Assembly (NCBI GenBank): GCA_947499615.1 | Contig: CANMOP010000005.1 | Location: 24,206-88,205 of the forward strand | Source of the DNA: Chloroflexota bacterium | Lineage (GTDB): Bacteria; Chloroflexota; Dehalococcoidia; UBA2979 | Direction of reading: 5' to 3' | Length of the DNA stretch: 64,000 bases | In this document: positions 29,319-38,957 of the stretch, piece by piece | Numbering within the stretch: the first letter of the stretch is position 1 | How the letters are laid out: each line of letters begins with the position of its first letter | Made by a program: the position numbers and the translations under genes | Notes under the pieces: model-generated | What the model was told of the DNA's origin: nothing | Seen by the model: only the letters and a program-made list of their open reading frames with translations | Databases searched by the model: none

Positions 29319-30719
29319 CTACTGCAACTCGCGGATTGACCGCGTAGACCACATCCACGCCGCAAGCGATCCCAGTGTGATGGCCACAGCGCCCAGTGCC
29401 AGCTGTGGTCCGAAGGCCTGCGCCAGCAACGCGATGAAGAAGATGCCAAGCGACTCGATGCCATCCTCCAGCACGATGATGCTGCTAATGCGGCCGCGGT
29501 ACTCGTCTGAGACGTAGGACTGGATCAGGATTTGGATCAGCGACTGGCGTCCGGCCTGCCCGACGCCAAGCACGATCACGATGCCAGCGCTGAGCCAGAA
29601 CGTCGTTGATGCCGAGAACGCGAACAGCCCGATTGCGAAGATCACGAGGCTGGCGATCAGTAACTTCCCGCGATTGCGGCTCGGTAGCGAGGCGATCAGC
29701 AGCGAGCCTGCCAACGCACCCACCGCGGTGAAGGAAAGCAGCAGCCCCATCAGGATTGCGGTGCGATCCGGATGGCCCCCGCTCAACACCTCATCGACGA
29801 AGCCCGGGAGCAGCCGCTGGTACGGCAGCGCGAGCATGCCGATCAGGCAGTGCAGCACCAGCAGCGTCACCAGAATGGGCTGCCCGCGAAGATAGACGAG
29901 TGCCTGCTTGATCTCGCGCATCCCGGAGCGGCTTGGCGCGTGACCATGTCCAGTCGGCCTGGCTGCAGCGCCGCCGGCGGCGGCGGCACGCGATGCCGCG
30001 TTGGTCTTCGGCACCTGGAAGAGCGTGGCCATCGCGAACACATAGAGACCGGCCATCAACGCGAAGACCCAGCCGCTCCCCACTGTCGCGATCAAGAAGC
30101 CAGCGAGCGCGGGCGCACCGAGGCGAAGCATGTTCATGCCAAAGGCGTTGAGTGCGAATGCGTTCATGACGCGCTGCGTGCCGACGATCTCCGGGATCAT
30201 CGATTGCCGCGCCGGCATGATGAACGAGTTCAGCACGCCCGTGACCAGCGACCCCACGATCAGGTGCCCGAAGTGGAGCATGTCCGCGAACAGCAATGCC
30301 GCCAACACCGCCGCCAGCGTGGCGTTGAGTAATTGCCCGACCTGGATGATCACCCGCCGACTGGCGCGGTCCGCGACCACACCGCCGTACAGTGCCAGGA
30401 ACACGCGCGGCCCGGCGGCTGCGAGCTCCACCAGCCCGAGCGCCGCGAACGAGCCCGTGAGTTGGTACGCGAGAAACCCCCGCACCACCATCTGCATCAG
30501 TTGCGCGGACTGATTGCCGACCTGGGAGAGCATGTACCAGCGGAACGCCGGCACATCGATCAGCGAGTCGAAGGTGCGGAACCGACGCTCAGCGGCGTCG
30601 GGTTCGGGGCGGGGCGGGGCAACTTGCGGCCGGGCCTGTCCGGCACCGCCGTCGTCGTTCGGGTCGCTGGTCGTCAACGGTGCCCCCTTCAACGCGCCAA
30701 AACGCATCTCGCGGAGCAT
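29319..30719 (-). CDS. MFS transporter
   Basis: 466 aa, about 12 TM helices. MFS motif A-like 'GGVVADRASRR'. Confidence 0.8.
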   Translation of the reverse strand: MLREMRFGALKGAPLTTSDPNDDGGAGQARPQVAPPRPEPDAAERRFRTFDSLIDVPAFRWYMLSQVGNQSAQLMQMVVRGFLAYQLTGSFAALGLVELAAAGPRVFLALYGGVVADRASRRVIIQVGQLLNATLAAVLAALLFADMLHFGHLIVGSLVTGVLNSFIMPARQSMIPEIVGTQRVMNAFALNAFGMNMLRLGAPALAGFLIATVGSGWVFALMAGLYVFAMATLFQVPKTNAASRAAAAGGAAARPTGHGHAPSRSGMREIKQALVYLRGQPILVTLLVLHCLIGMLALPYQRLLPGFVDEVLSGGHPDRTAILMGLLLSFTAVGALAGSLLIASLPSRNRGKLLIASLVIFAIGLFAFSASTTFWLSAGIVIVLGVGQAGRQSLIQILIQSYVSDEYRGRISSIIVLEDGIESLGIFFIALLAQAFGPQLALGAVAITLGSLAAWMWSTRSIRELQ

Positions 30720-30788
30720 ACGCGTACGTTGTCGTATACGTCACTGTCGTCCGAGGATTTGCGGTCGAGTGGGTCGGGCGAGCCGACC

Positions 30789-31274
30789 CTACCGCCGCAT
30801 CGACTCCAACTGCGCGATGTGCTCCTCGAAGTGGTCGATCATCCCCTGCACTTGCTGGCGGATGGAACGGCGACCGGACGCGGGGTGCTGTCCCGGCCGG
30901 CCCCAGGAGGAGTCCGGTAGTTCGGCCAGCAGGTCCACGCTCTCGGCGACGGCCTCGGTGAGCCATCCCAGCAGCCGCGCGCGGGTCTGCTGATCCCACT
31001 GGTGCTGCTCCGCCTGGGCGGCGTCGTCCACTGACTTGATCAGCGGGTCCGTCATCCAGGCCATGCGCCGCAGATTCTCGTGGCTCTGCCGCGCGTAGGC
31101 GACCAGGTGCCCGACGACACGAGAGGGCGTCCAGTCGCCTTCGCCGCCCGCGGCCACCGAGGTGGCGGTCATGGCGACATCGATGCGGTCCGGGATGCGC
31201 GCGAGCTCCTGGATCAGCGGGACATAGCGGCGTGCGCCGCCGGTGACGAAGTTGATGCGCAGCGTGCTTGCCAT
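30789..31274 (-). CDS. DinB/YfiT-like four-helix metal-binding protein
   Basis: 161 aa. His-containing helices 'VGHLVAYARQSHENL' and 'MIDHFEEH' typical of the DinB_2 superfamily. Confidence 0.45.
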   Translation of the reverse strand: MASTLRINFVTGGARRYVPLIQELARIPDRIDVAMTATSVAAGGEGDWTPSRVVGHLVAYARQSHENLRRMAWMTDPLIKSVDDAAQAEQHQWDQQTRARLLGWLTEAVAESVDLLAELPDSSWGRPGQHPASGRRSIRQQVQGMIDHFEEHIAQLESMRR

Positions 31275-31297
31275 CGGGCGCCTCCCAATCGAATCAG

Positions 31298-31765
31298 TTA
31301 GGAACCAACAACCTCGAACCAGGCTTCAACCTCGACCGGTGCGCGCAGCGGAAGCGACGCGACGCCGATCGCGATGCGTGCACCTACGCCCTGCTCCTCG
31401 CCGAAGATGTCGCGCAGCAACATGCTGGCGCCGTTGACCACCGCGGGGTGCTGGTCGAACTCGTGGTCGCATGCGACGTACCCGACGGTACGGACGAGGC
31501 GCAGCCCCTCCAGCGTGCCGTGTAGTGCGAACACCGCAGCCAGCACGTTGATTGCGCACTGGCGCGCGGCTTCCTGCGCCTGCTCTATGGTGACCGTGTC
31601 CCCGACGCGGCCGGGGTGCAGCACAGCGCCGTCGCGCGTGGGCAGCTGGCCGGAGACGTAGATCATCGCGCCGCTGCGCACGGCGGGGCGGTACACCGCC
31701 AGCGGTGCGACCGCTGTGGCCGGCAGCGTGACGCCGAGCTCTGCGAGACGGGCTTCGATGGTCAT
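31298..31765 (-). CDS. RidA/YjgF family reactive-intermediate deaminase
   Basis: 'IYVSGQLP' and C-terminal 'RIAIGVASLPLRAPVEVEA' match the RidA/Endoribonuclease L-PSP fold. Confidence 0.8.
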   Translation of the reverse strand: MTIEARLAELGVTLPATAVAPLAVYRPAVRSGAMIYVSGQLPTRDGAVLHPGRVGDTVTIEQAQEAARQCAINVLAAVFALHGTLEGLRLVRTVGYVACDHEFDQHPAVVNGASMLLRDIFGEEQGVGARIAIGVASLPLRAPVEVEAWFEVVGS

Positions 31766-31775
31766 GGCAACTCCC

Positions 31776-32720
31776 TTACAGTTCACCGATACCGAGGCGA
31801 TCGAGGACGCCTTCCAGCTCCTCGTCGCTGTAGTAGTGGATGGTCAGCGACCCCGCGCCGCGTTTGCCGCGGCGCATGGTCACCTTCGTGCCCAGCGAGC
31901 GCTGCAATGCTTGCGCGAGCGCTTCATGCTGCTGTTCCGCGGTGGCGGGCGCAACCGGGACCGTCTGTGCGTCCAACCCCGGCTTCATCGCCTCCCGCAC
32001 CAGGCGTTCCGTCTGGCGGACGTTGAGCCCACCTTCGACGACCATGCGCCACAGCTCGCGACGTCGCGCGCCACCATCGAGGCTGTCGTCCATGCCCAGC
32101 AGGGCGCGCGCGTGGCCCTCGGTGATCTCGCCGTTGGCGAGCGAGGCTTGCAGTTCGGGCGCCAGCGCTGCGAGTCGCAGTGTGTTCGCCACCGCCGCGC
32201 GCGACTTGCCGACGCGAACGGCCACCTCTTGCTGCGTCAGGTGAAACTCATCGATCAGTCGCTGGTAGGAGGACGACTCTTCCAGCGGGCTCAGGTCCGC
32301 GCGCTGGACGTTCTCGATGATTGCCAGCTCAAGGAGTTCGCGTGGTGTGCTTTGGCGAATGGTGACGGGGACACGGAGCAGGCCCGCAGCGCGCGCCGCC
32401 CGCAGACGACGTTCGCCCGCGATGAGCTGGTAGATCGTCGCGCCGGCGGCGTCCTGTTCCACGGAGACCAGAAGCGGCTGGATGATCCCGTGCTCGCGGA
32501 TAGAGTCCGTGAGTTCCGCCAGCGCGGTGGGTTCCATGACGGAGCGCGGCTGCCACGGGTTCGGGACGACGAGTTCGATCGGTACATCGGTGGTGGGGAT
32601 GCGGACATCGGGCTGTGCGGGAAGCGGCGCGCCCTCCGGGATCAGCGCGGCCAGCCCACGCCCCAGCCCGCGGCTGGATGAGCGATGTGGCGCCGGAGCG
32701 GGATCGGCATCGCTAGGCAC
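31776..32720 (-). CDS. parB: Chromosome partitioning protein ParB/Spo0J
   Basis: 'RGLGRGLAALIP' N-terminal ParB box. HTH and 'GERRLRAAR' motif. GTG start overlapping the parA 3' end. Confidence 0.85.
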   Translation of the reverse strand: MPSDADPAPAPHRSSSRGLGRGLAALIPEGAPLPAQPDVRIPTTDVPIELVVPNPWQPRSVMEPTALAELTDSIREHGIIQPLLVSVEQDAAGATIYQLIAGERRLRAARAAGLLRVPVTIRQSTPRELLELAIIENVQRADLSPLEESSSYQRLIDEFHLTQQEVAVRVGKSRAAVANTLRLAALAPELQASLANGEITEGHARALLGMDDSLDGGARRRELWRMVVEGGLNVRQTERLVREAMKPGLDAQTVPVAPATAEQQHEALAQALQRSLGTKVTMRRGKRGAGSLTIHYYSDEELEGVLDRLGIGEL

Positions 32721-33501
32721 CGGGCACCTCCGCAGCGCGAGGTGCCCGCAGCTGCGCCAGTAGTTCATCTGCCAGCTCGTCGTACGCCTGGGCACCGGGG
32801 GATCGTGGGTCGTAGACCTGAATCGGTTCACCGTGGCTCGGCGCTTCGGAGAGCCGGACGGAGCGCGGGATGACGGCGCGGAAGGTGTTGTCGAAGTGGC
32901 GGCGCACCTCCTCTTCCACCTGTCGAGCGAGGTTGGTGCGCCCGTCGAACATCGTCAGCACGATACCGCGGATGTGCAGGGCGGGGTTGAGGTTCGCCTG
33001 CACCAGCCGGATGGTGTGCGAGAGGTGGCCGAGCCCCTCCAGCGCGAGGTATTCGCACTGCACGGGGATGATGACCTCATCGGCCGCGGCCAGCGCGTTC
33101 ACCGTGAGTAGGCCCAGCGATGGCGGGCAATCGATCAGGATGATGTCGAAGCGGTCTCGCAGCGGATCCAGGATGCGCTTCATGCGGAACTCGCGTGCCA
33201 TCACTGAGACGAGCTCCACCTCTGCGCCAGCAAGGTGCGGCGTGGTGGGCACGAGCCAGAGGCCGACCACCGAGGTGCCGACGATCGCGGCATCCAGCGA
33301 CCGCTCGTCAACCAGCGCTTCGTACAGTCCGCCGGCCTCGCCCTGGCGTTGCCCGAGCGCGGTGGTGGCGTTGGCCTGTGGGTCAGCATCGATGAGCAGC
33401 GTGCGTTGGCCGCGCCCGGCCAGCGCCGCACCAAGCGAGACGGCGGTTGTCGTCTTGCCGACGCCGCCCTTCTGATTCACGACCGCGAACACGAGGCTCA
33501 T
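32713..33501 (-). CDS. parA: Chromosome partitioning ATPase ParA/Soj
   Basis: Deviant Walker A 'NQKGGVGKTTTAVSLG'. 262 aa. Confidence 0.9.
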   Translation of the reverse strand: MSLVFAVVNQKGGVGKTTTAVSLGAALAGRGQRTLLIDADPQANATTALGQRQGEAGGLYEALVDERSLDAAIVGTSVVGLWLVPTTPHLAGAEVELVSVMAREFRMKRILDPLRDRFDIILIDCPPSLGLLTVNALAAADEVIIPVQCEYLALEGLGHLSHTIRLVQANLNPALHIRGIVLTMFDGRTNLARQVEEEVRRHFDNTFRAVIPRSVRLSEAPSHGEPIQVYDPRSPGAQAYDELADELLAQLRAPRAAEVPGA

Positions 33502-33605
33502 CGTCGTGTCCTCATGCGCACAGCGCGAGCGGCGCTCGCACTGTGCGCGAGTATACGGGCGGCAGCGACCGCGCGACGGGTCGCGCGCACGGTCGCCGGG
33601 TACAT

Positions 33606-34853
33606 CTACGCGCCCTCGTCCGGGAGCACCTCGACCTGACGGTCGGCGCCGCTGCCGACGCTCTCCGTGCGCACGCCAGCTTCCGCCTCCAGCGTGAGGT
33701 GGACGATACGGCGCTCGGACGCGGGCATCGGCTCCAGCGTGATGACGTCGCCGGTCTCACGAACCTCGGCAGCGATGCGCTTTGCCATGTCGATGAGCGT
33801 CTGCTCGCGGCGGTGGCGGTACTGCTCGATGTCGAGGCCGAAGACGTGGTCGTTGCCGTAGCGGGTGGAGACCATGACGTTGAGCAGGTACTGCAGCGCC
33901 GTCAGCGTCTCGCCGCGCCGCCCGATCAGCACGCCAAGCTCTTCCGAGACGTCCGGCGTCTCGCCGTAGATATCGAGTACCTGGGAGACCAGGCCAGCAC
34001 CGTCGCCGGCCGACTCTGGGTCACGCGCTGCGATTTCGGTCTCGGTCAGGCCCAGCAGCGTGAGGACGTCGCGCAGCGCGTGGCCCGCGAAGTCCATCTC
34101 GTCCTCGGCGTCCACGGGCGGGCCTGCGGGGAGGTCGTCCGGAGTGCCGGGGATACGAATGGGTGCGGCGTTTTCGTCGGGGCTGCCCTGGGGGCGGGAG
34201 TCGCGACGATCGCCGCCGCGGAACTCACCGCGCGGTCCTCGTGCGTCCCCGCCGCGACCACCACCGCCGCGCGACGAGTCTCGACCGCCGCCGCGCGATG
34301 GGCCTCGGTCGTCGTCGCGGGTGTTTCCGCGGTTGTCGTCCGGCATGTCCGACGCCAGATCGCGCTGGCCACCCTGCTGCGGTTCGTCACGACGGGGTTC
34401 GTCGCGGCGCGGTTCGTCTCGACGGGGCGCGTCACGACGTGGTTCGTCGCGCCGAGGCTCATCACGTCGCGGTGCGCTGGGGCGTGCGGCTTCGGCGCGC
34501 GGGGCGGGCGCGGGTCGAGGGGGGCGCGGGCCACGGTCGGGACGGTCGCCTCGGTCGCTGCGAGCGGGCGCGGCGTCGCGGTCGTCACGCTCGTCGCTAC
34601 CGCCACGTCGAGCACCACGGTCATCGTCGTCATCGCGCCGGGGGGCACGTGGGCGAGCCGGAGGCGGGGGGGCGGCAATGGGTGCCCGGGCGGTGACGCG
34701 GACGATTGCGTCCTCACCACCGATGCCGAAGACGCCTCGTCTACCTTCGCGGATTACGTCGACGTCGACCTGTTCGCGGTCCAGGCCCAGTTGAACCAGT
34801 GCCCGGGCCACTGCCTCCTCGACTGTCTTCCCGCTCACTTCCATGATTCGCAT
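33606..34853 (-). CDS. jag: Jag/KhpB (R3H + KH RNA-binding protein) with long PRRDE-repeat linker
   Basis: N-terminal Jag_N 'MEVSGKTVEEAVARALVQLG'. C-terminal KH and R3H ('ERRIVHLTL'). Central Arg/Asp/Pro low-complexity region. Confidence 0.8.
   Translation of the reverse strand: MRIMEVSGKTVEEAVARALVQLGLDREQVDVDVIREGRRGVFGIGGEDAIVRVTARAPIAAPPPPARPRAPRRDDDDDRGARRGGSDERDDRDAAPARSDRGDRPDRGPRPPRPAPAPRAEAARPSAPRRDEPRRDEPRRDAPRRDEPRRDEPRRDEPQQGGQRDLASDMPDDNRGNTRDDDRGPSRGGGRDSSRGGGGRGGDARGPRGEFRGGDRRDSRPQGSPDENAAPIRIPGTPDDLPAGPPVDAEDEMDFAGHALRDVLTLLGLTETEIAARDPESAGDGAGLVSQVLDIYGETPDVSEELGVLIGRRGETLTALQYLLNVMVSTRYGNDHVFGLDIEQYRHRREQTLIDMAKRIAAEVRETGDVITLEPMPASERRIVHLTLEAEAGVRTESVGSGADRQVEVLPDEGA
34383..34472. 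repeat. 15-bp tandem repeat x6 inside jag (encodes PRRDE repeats)
   Basis: ggttcgtcacgacgg-like units repeated six times with 15-bp period. Confidence 0.7.
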
Positions 34854-35703
34854 CGTCGTCTCCCGATTCAGTGCCGCCGCGTGGCGCGGCGTTCGATGTG
34901 CGTCGTGTGGTGCTGACGGCGCTGGTGCCGCCGGCCGTGGACGAACCCCAGGGGAGGTTACGCGGGATCAACTCGCCGACGTGGAAGTCGCCGGGTCCCA
35001 CGAAGATCCACTGCAAAATGACTCCAATGGCAGTGCTGGCCCCCCAATACAGGCCGAGCGCGGCCGGGAGGGTGAGGACGAAGAACCAGCCGAAGAAGAT
35101 CGGCATGAACCACTGCATCATCTGGTTCATCTGGGCCTGCTGCGACCCCGGCGTCGTGGATGCGCGGCTGGTGGAGATGCGCTGCTGCACCCACATCCCA
35201 ACGAAGACGAACGCCGCTAGGCCCATGGATCCGTTCTCGGCGAGGTCCATGCCCAGGAAGCTCGTGCTCAGGGGGATGGCGTGGCGGATGTACTCGATGT
35301 CGTACAGGCGCGAGGAGAGGTACAGCATCGCCTCCGGCGTGGAGCCGATGGTAAGGCGAATGGTGGCGTACAACGCGATGAAGATCGGGATCTGCACGAG
35401 CTGAGGGCCCAGGCAGCCGAGCGGGTTCACGCCGTGCTCTTTGTAGAGCTTCATGGTCTCTTCGGAACGCCGACGCGGGTCGGTGTACTTCTTCTGGACT
35501 TCCGCCAGCAACGGCTGCAACACCTGCATCGACTTCATGGCGTGCAGGGTGCGCAGGGTCAGCGGGAAGGTGACCACGCGGGTGAGCACGGTAAAGAGCA
35601 GAATCGCGAGGCCGTAGGAATCGAACGCGGTACGAGACAACGCGATCATGAAGTTGATCAGCGGCGTCTCAAGCGCGGTCTGCCAGATGAGCCCGATGGG
35701 CAT
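34741..35703 (-). CDS. yidC: Membrane protein insertase YidC (short Gram-positive type)
   Basis: 'LAILLFTVLTRVVTFPLTL' and conserved YidC core. Unusually long Gly/Arg-rich tail overlapping the jag start by about 100 nt. Confidence 0.85.
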   Translation of the reverse strand: MPIGLIWQTALETPLINFMIALSRTAFDSYGLAILLFTVLTRVVTFPLTLRTLHAMKSMQVLQPLLAEVQKKYTDPRRRSEETMKLYKEHGVNPLGCLGPQLVQIPIFIALYATIRLTIGSTPEAMLYLSSRLYDIEYIRHAIPLSTSFLGMDLAENGSMGLAAFVFVGMWVQQRISTSRASTTPGSQQAQMNQMMQWFMPIFFGWFFVLTLPAALGLYWGASTAIGVILQWIFVGPGDFHVGELIPRNLPWGSSTAGGTSAVSTTRRTSNAAPRGGTESGDDDANHGSEREDSRGGSGPGTGSTGPGPRTGRRRRNPRR

Positions 35704-35709
35704 GAGTGA

Positions 35710-36879
35710 CTACGAACCCTTCTGGAACAAACGTTCGACGACGCCCTGGTCTTTCGGCGTCACTCGATAGATGTCACCGAGCTTGGACGTATACACGATC
35801 GTCGAGTCCATCACCAGCGGAGCGGCGAGCAGGCGAGGCTTCTCGGTGGGCTGGTGACGCCAGCGCTCCGTGCCGGTGGCCGGGTCGAGGCCGAAGACGG
35901 TGCCGCCATCGGTCGCCAACACCAGGGTGCCCGCAAGCAGGACCGGTGTGGCGCGCGTTTCGCTCTGCACCCCGCCGAACTTCCAGCGCTGCTGGCCGGT
36001 CGCCAGATCCAGCGCGTACACGGTGCCGGACGTGCTGACGATGTATACGACACCGTCGGCGACCAACGGTTGGGCCCACAGCCAGTTATCGGTCGTGAAC
36101 TGCCAGCGCTCAGCGCCGTCGGTGCGACGGTCGAGCGCGATCAGTCGACTGTCGAGCGTCGGGAGGAGCAGGAGATCGCCCGCGAGGGTGGCGTCGCCCG
36201 TGGCGGCTCCCGTGAGCGTCCGGTCCCATCGAACCTGGCCGGTGGCTGCATCCAGGGCACGGACGTGCTTGGCGAGGTCTGCCACGTACAGCGTCCCCGC
36301 GTCCAGGGTGGGCGAGCTCCAGATGCGCTCGGCGGCGCGGAGCAGCACGGCAGGGCTGAGTTCGCCCGTCGTGGCGTCGACGGTGCGCACGGTCCCGGAG
36401 TGGGTCGCGACGAAGAGCCGCTTGCCATCGAAGGCCGGGGTGGCGACGACATGTCCACCGACGTTGACAGATTGTGGCCAACCATCGGCGCGTTGGCCGG
36501 TCTGCACGTCGACGGCGATGATTTCGCCGGAGTAGGTGGCAATGATGACCCGGTCTCGGCCGCCCACGTTCGTCACGATGGGAGTGGCGTAGAGGCCGAG
36601 GTATGTCTCACGCTCGCTCTTGGCGCCACCGAAGAACGACCAGCCGGACTTTTCCGGTTCCTTGGGGAACGTCCAGGCGACTGAGGCAGGGTTGGAGCGT
36701 CGGAATCCACTGATCGAGCCGTCACCGTTGCCGACGACGAGGAAGTCGCCCGCAGTGACCGGCGCCGCCCAACCCTCAGGCACACTGACACTGCCACAGC
36801 CCGCCGCGAAGAGTAGCAGAGCCACCATCGCGAACATCGCGATGTGACGGCGGAGCCCATGGTGTTTCACGTGAAACAT
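35710..36879 (-). CDS. PQQ-like beta-propeller repeat lipoprotein
   Basis: Lipoprotein signal 'LLLFAAGCGS'. Multiple PQQ/WD-like repeats ('...GTVYALDLATGQQRW...'). Start overlaps the yidD stop (TAATG). Confidence 0.7.
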   Translation of the reverse strand: MFHVKHHGLRRHIAMFAMVALLLFAAGCGSVSVPEGWAAPVTAGDFLVVGNGDGSISGFRRSNPASVAWTFPKEPEKSGWSFFGGAKSERETYLGLYATPIVTNVGGRDRVIIATYSGEIIAVDVQTGQRADGWPQSVNVGGHVVATPAFDGKRLFVATHSGTVRTVDATTGELSPAVLLRAAERIWSSPTLDAGTLYVADLAKHVRALDAATGQVRWDRTLTGAATGDATLAGDLLLLPTLDSRLIALDRRTDGAERWQFTTDNWLWAQPLVADGVVYIVSTSGTVYALDLATGQQRWKFGGVQSETRATPVLLAGTLVLATDGGTVFGLDPATGTERWRHQPTEKPRLLAAPLVMDSTIVYTSKLGDIYRVTPKDQGVVERLFQKGS

Positions 36880-37229
36880 TAGCGGTGCCCCATGCTGGTG
36901 TGGTTCGCGGCGGAACCGTGACCGGCAGTTCTCATATCGGAAGAATCGTGTCTGTCGAGTTGCTCCGGCACCGGGTCGTACCCGCCTGCGCTCCACGGAT
37001 GGCAGCGAGCGATACGACTGAGCCCCAACCAGCCGCCGCGGAGCAGCCCGAAGCGCTCGATGGCCGCATAGGTGTAGCGGGAGCACGTCGGCTGGTAGCG
37101 GCACTGTGCGCCGATTGCCGGTGAGATCATTCGCTGGTACCAGCGGATGCAGGCGAGTGCGGTGGATTTCAAGATGACTGGCCAGTGTTGCGCGCGCCCG
37201 CAAGCAGGCCGGCGCGCCGTGCGCACCAA
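36879..37229 (-). CDS. yidD: Membrane protein insertion efficiency factor YidD
   Basis: '[46 protein letters not shown]' matches the YidD signature. Start position uncertain. Confidence 0.85.
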   Translation of the reverse strand: MVRTARRPACGRAQHWPVILKSTALACIRWYQRMISPAIGAQCRYQPTCSRYTYAAIERFGLLRGGWLGLSRIARCHPWSAGGYDPVPEQLDRHDSSDMRTAGHGSAANHTSMGHR

Positions 37230-37657
37230 TCGACGGCGGTGCGCAGCTCCTGGAAGGTGGCGGTCGCACTGGTGGCGCCGGACGTGAGCACCAGATCATG
37301 ACCCGGTGCGAGCGGCAGTGCGCGGAGAATCTCGCGTAGGCGGCGGCGGACTCGGTTACGGACCACTGCGCCCCCCACTCGTTTCCCAATCGCGAACCCG
37401 AACCGGTTATGCGGCAGATCGTTCGGGCGGATGCCCATGGTCAACAGTTGGTGCCGCACGCGTCGTCGGCCGCGCATGACGGCAACGAACTCCTGCGGGC
37501 GCCGCAACCTGTTATCACCCGGCCTGGCGTGAGCCGACGGGGTGATAACGCGGTTGCTCGGAACGCTCGTATTCGCGTTGTCGCCACCCTCGCCCGCCGC
37601 ACGTAGCGACTGGGGCTCCGCAGGGTGAGCAGGCACGGTGAACCCGGAGGCCGTCAC
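37169..37657 (-). CDS. rnpA: Ribonuclease P protein component
   Basis: '[30 protein letters not shown]...[26 protein letters not shown]' RnpA RNR motif. N-terminal extension; start uncertain. Confidence 0.8.
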   Translation of the reverse strand: MTASGFTVPAHPAEPQSLRAAGEGGDNANTSVPSNRVITPSAHARPGDNRLRRPQEFVAVMRGRRRVRHQLLTMGIRPNDLPHNRFGFAIGKRVGGAVVRNRVRRRLREILRALPLAPGHDLVLTSGATSATATFQELRTAVDWCARRAGLLAGARNTGQSS

Positions 37658-37691
37658 AGTGTCGTCGTCCCGAAGCGGTGTGGACGTTATG

Positions 37692-37826
37692 TTAAACGGT
37701 CAACTTGACGCGACCGCGTGCGCGGCGGCGCTTGAGTACGTCTCGACCGTCCTGTGTGGACATACGCGCGCGAAAGCCATGCTTACGCAGACGTGGGATG
37801 CGCTTTGGTTGCCAGGTCCGCTTCAA
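37692..37826 (-). CDS. rpmH: 50S ribosomal protein L34
   Basis: TTG start after an AGGAG RBS gives the 44-aa '[44 protein letters not shown]'. Confidence 0.9.
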   Translation of the reverse strand: MKRTWQPKRIPRLRKHGFRARMSTQDGRDVLKRRRARGRVKLTV

Positions 37827-38032
37827 TTTCGATACTCCTGCAGATGCCGCAGCAGTATAGCGGCCCGCGGGCGCTCCGGGCAACGCGCCCCACTACGGAC
37901 GCGTGTACCGGCGCGTGGAAAGCGCAGCCGACGGCTGATCCGGATGGGCCACTGCGCCCCGATCGCGCGAGATGGCAATGCCGCGCGGATGGTATCATCG
38001 CAAGGTAGTACGTCATTCGAAGGGGGCCGGGA

Positions 38033-38289
38033 TGAAGATGATTCGTCGCGCGGTGACGGCCAGTGCTGTGGCCGCCTCGGTGGGTGTGTTTCCGGCTGTT
38101 GCGCTGGCCGCCGAGCAATCGCGTGCGTTGGAGCGCACCGCGGACAGCACTTCGGTTTTCCTCTACACCGTGGGTGCGGGGGTCGCGTTGATGCTCCTGT
38201 CGACCATCGGCTACCTGTATCGGCGGGTGCGCAACCTGGAGTGGGATTTCCAGCGGGCCGACGCGCCGGCGCACGACCAGCATCACTAG
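38033..38289 (+). CDS. Small secreted/membrane hypothetical protein
   Basis: 85 aa. Signal peptide 'MKMIRRAVTASAVAASVGVFPAVALAA'. One TM segment. RBS present. Confidence 0.35.
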
Positions 38290-38389
38290 CTCACGCGGGT
38301 TGGTCATCGGCGGCTCGCTCGGTTGCTGATGCTATGCACGCAGGATCAATCATTGCGCGGGTTGCACGCTGCCGAGGGGGGTAGTCGAC

Positions 38390-38851
38390 ATGTTGGAAGT
38401 AGGCGAGCCGATGCCGGAGTTCGTGCTGTTCAACCGAAAGCACGAGCCGGTCACGAACAAGGACTTCGAGGGCAAAGTGTCGATCCTCGCCTTCTATCCG
38501 ATGGCGTTCACCGGCGGCTGTACCCTGGAGATGCAGGGCTTCAAGCAGCGGTACGAGGAGCTTGAGGCGCTGGGCGTAGAAGTCGTTGGTGTCAGCGCTG
38601 ATCCGTGGGCGGCTGCCGGTGCGTTCTGCGACGCGCAGGAGTTGCAGTTCCAGTTGCTGTCGGACTTTCCGGCGGGGCAGACCATCGATGCGTTTGGCGT
38701 GCGCCGCGAAGGTGCCGCGACTGCGCAGCGCGTGACGTTCGTCTTCGACGCTGCTGGCGTGTTGCGGCACGCGATCCAGGGAACAACCGACATGGAAGCG
38801 CACCCGCAAGGCGCGCTCGATGCTGCTCGGACGCTGTCAGCCGGCAGCTAA
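38390..38851 (+). CDS. Peroxiredoxin (Bcp/AhpC-TSA family)
   Basis: 153 aa. Peroxidatic Cys in 'FTGGCTLE' and thioredoxin fold. Confidence 0.85.
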   Translation: MLEVGEPMPEFVLFNRKHEPVTNKDFEGKVSILAFYPMAFTGGCTLEMQGFKQRYEELEALGVEVVGVSADPWAAAGAFCDAQELQFQLLSDFPAGQTIDAFGVRREGAATAQRVTFVFDAAGVLRHAIQGTTDMEAHPQGALDAARTLSAGS

Positions 38852-38888
38852 TCGCGCGCGTTGACGCGCACGAGATGCGAGCGAGATA

Positions 38889-38925
38889 AGAAGAAGGCCG
38901 CGCATCGCGCGGCCTTCTTCTTTGT
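38889..38925. terminator. Bidirectional intrinsic terminator between convergent genes
   Basis: agaagaaggccgcgc-atcg-cgcggccttcttcttt perfect hairpin with flanking T/A runs. Confidence 0.7.
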
Positions 38926-38957
38926 CAGTTTGGATGTGTCACGTACGCGATGCGTTG

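Noticed and set aside
37883-38390. oriC / DnaA-box cluster next to rpmH
   Set aside because: dnaA is not adjacent, and no TTATCCACA-like boxes or AT-rich unwinding element were seen. The region instead contains a small ORF and a peroxiredoxin promoter.
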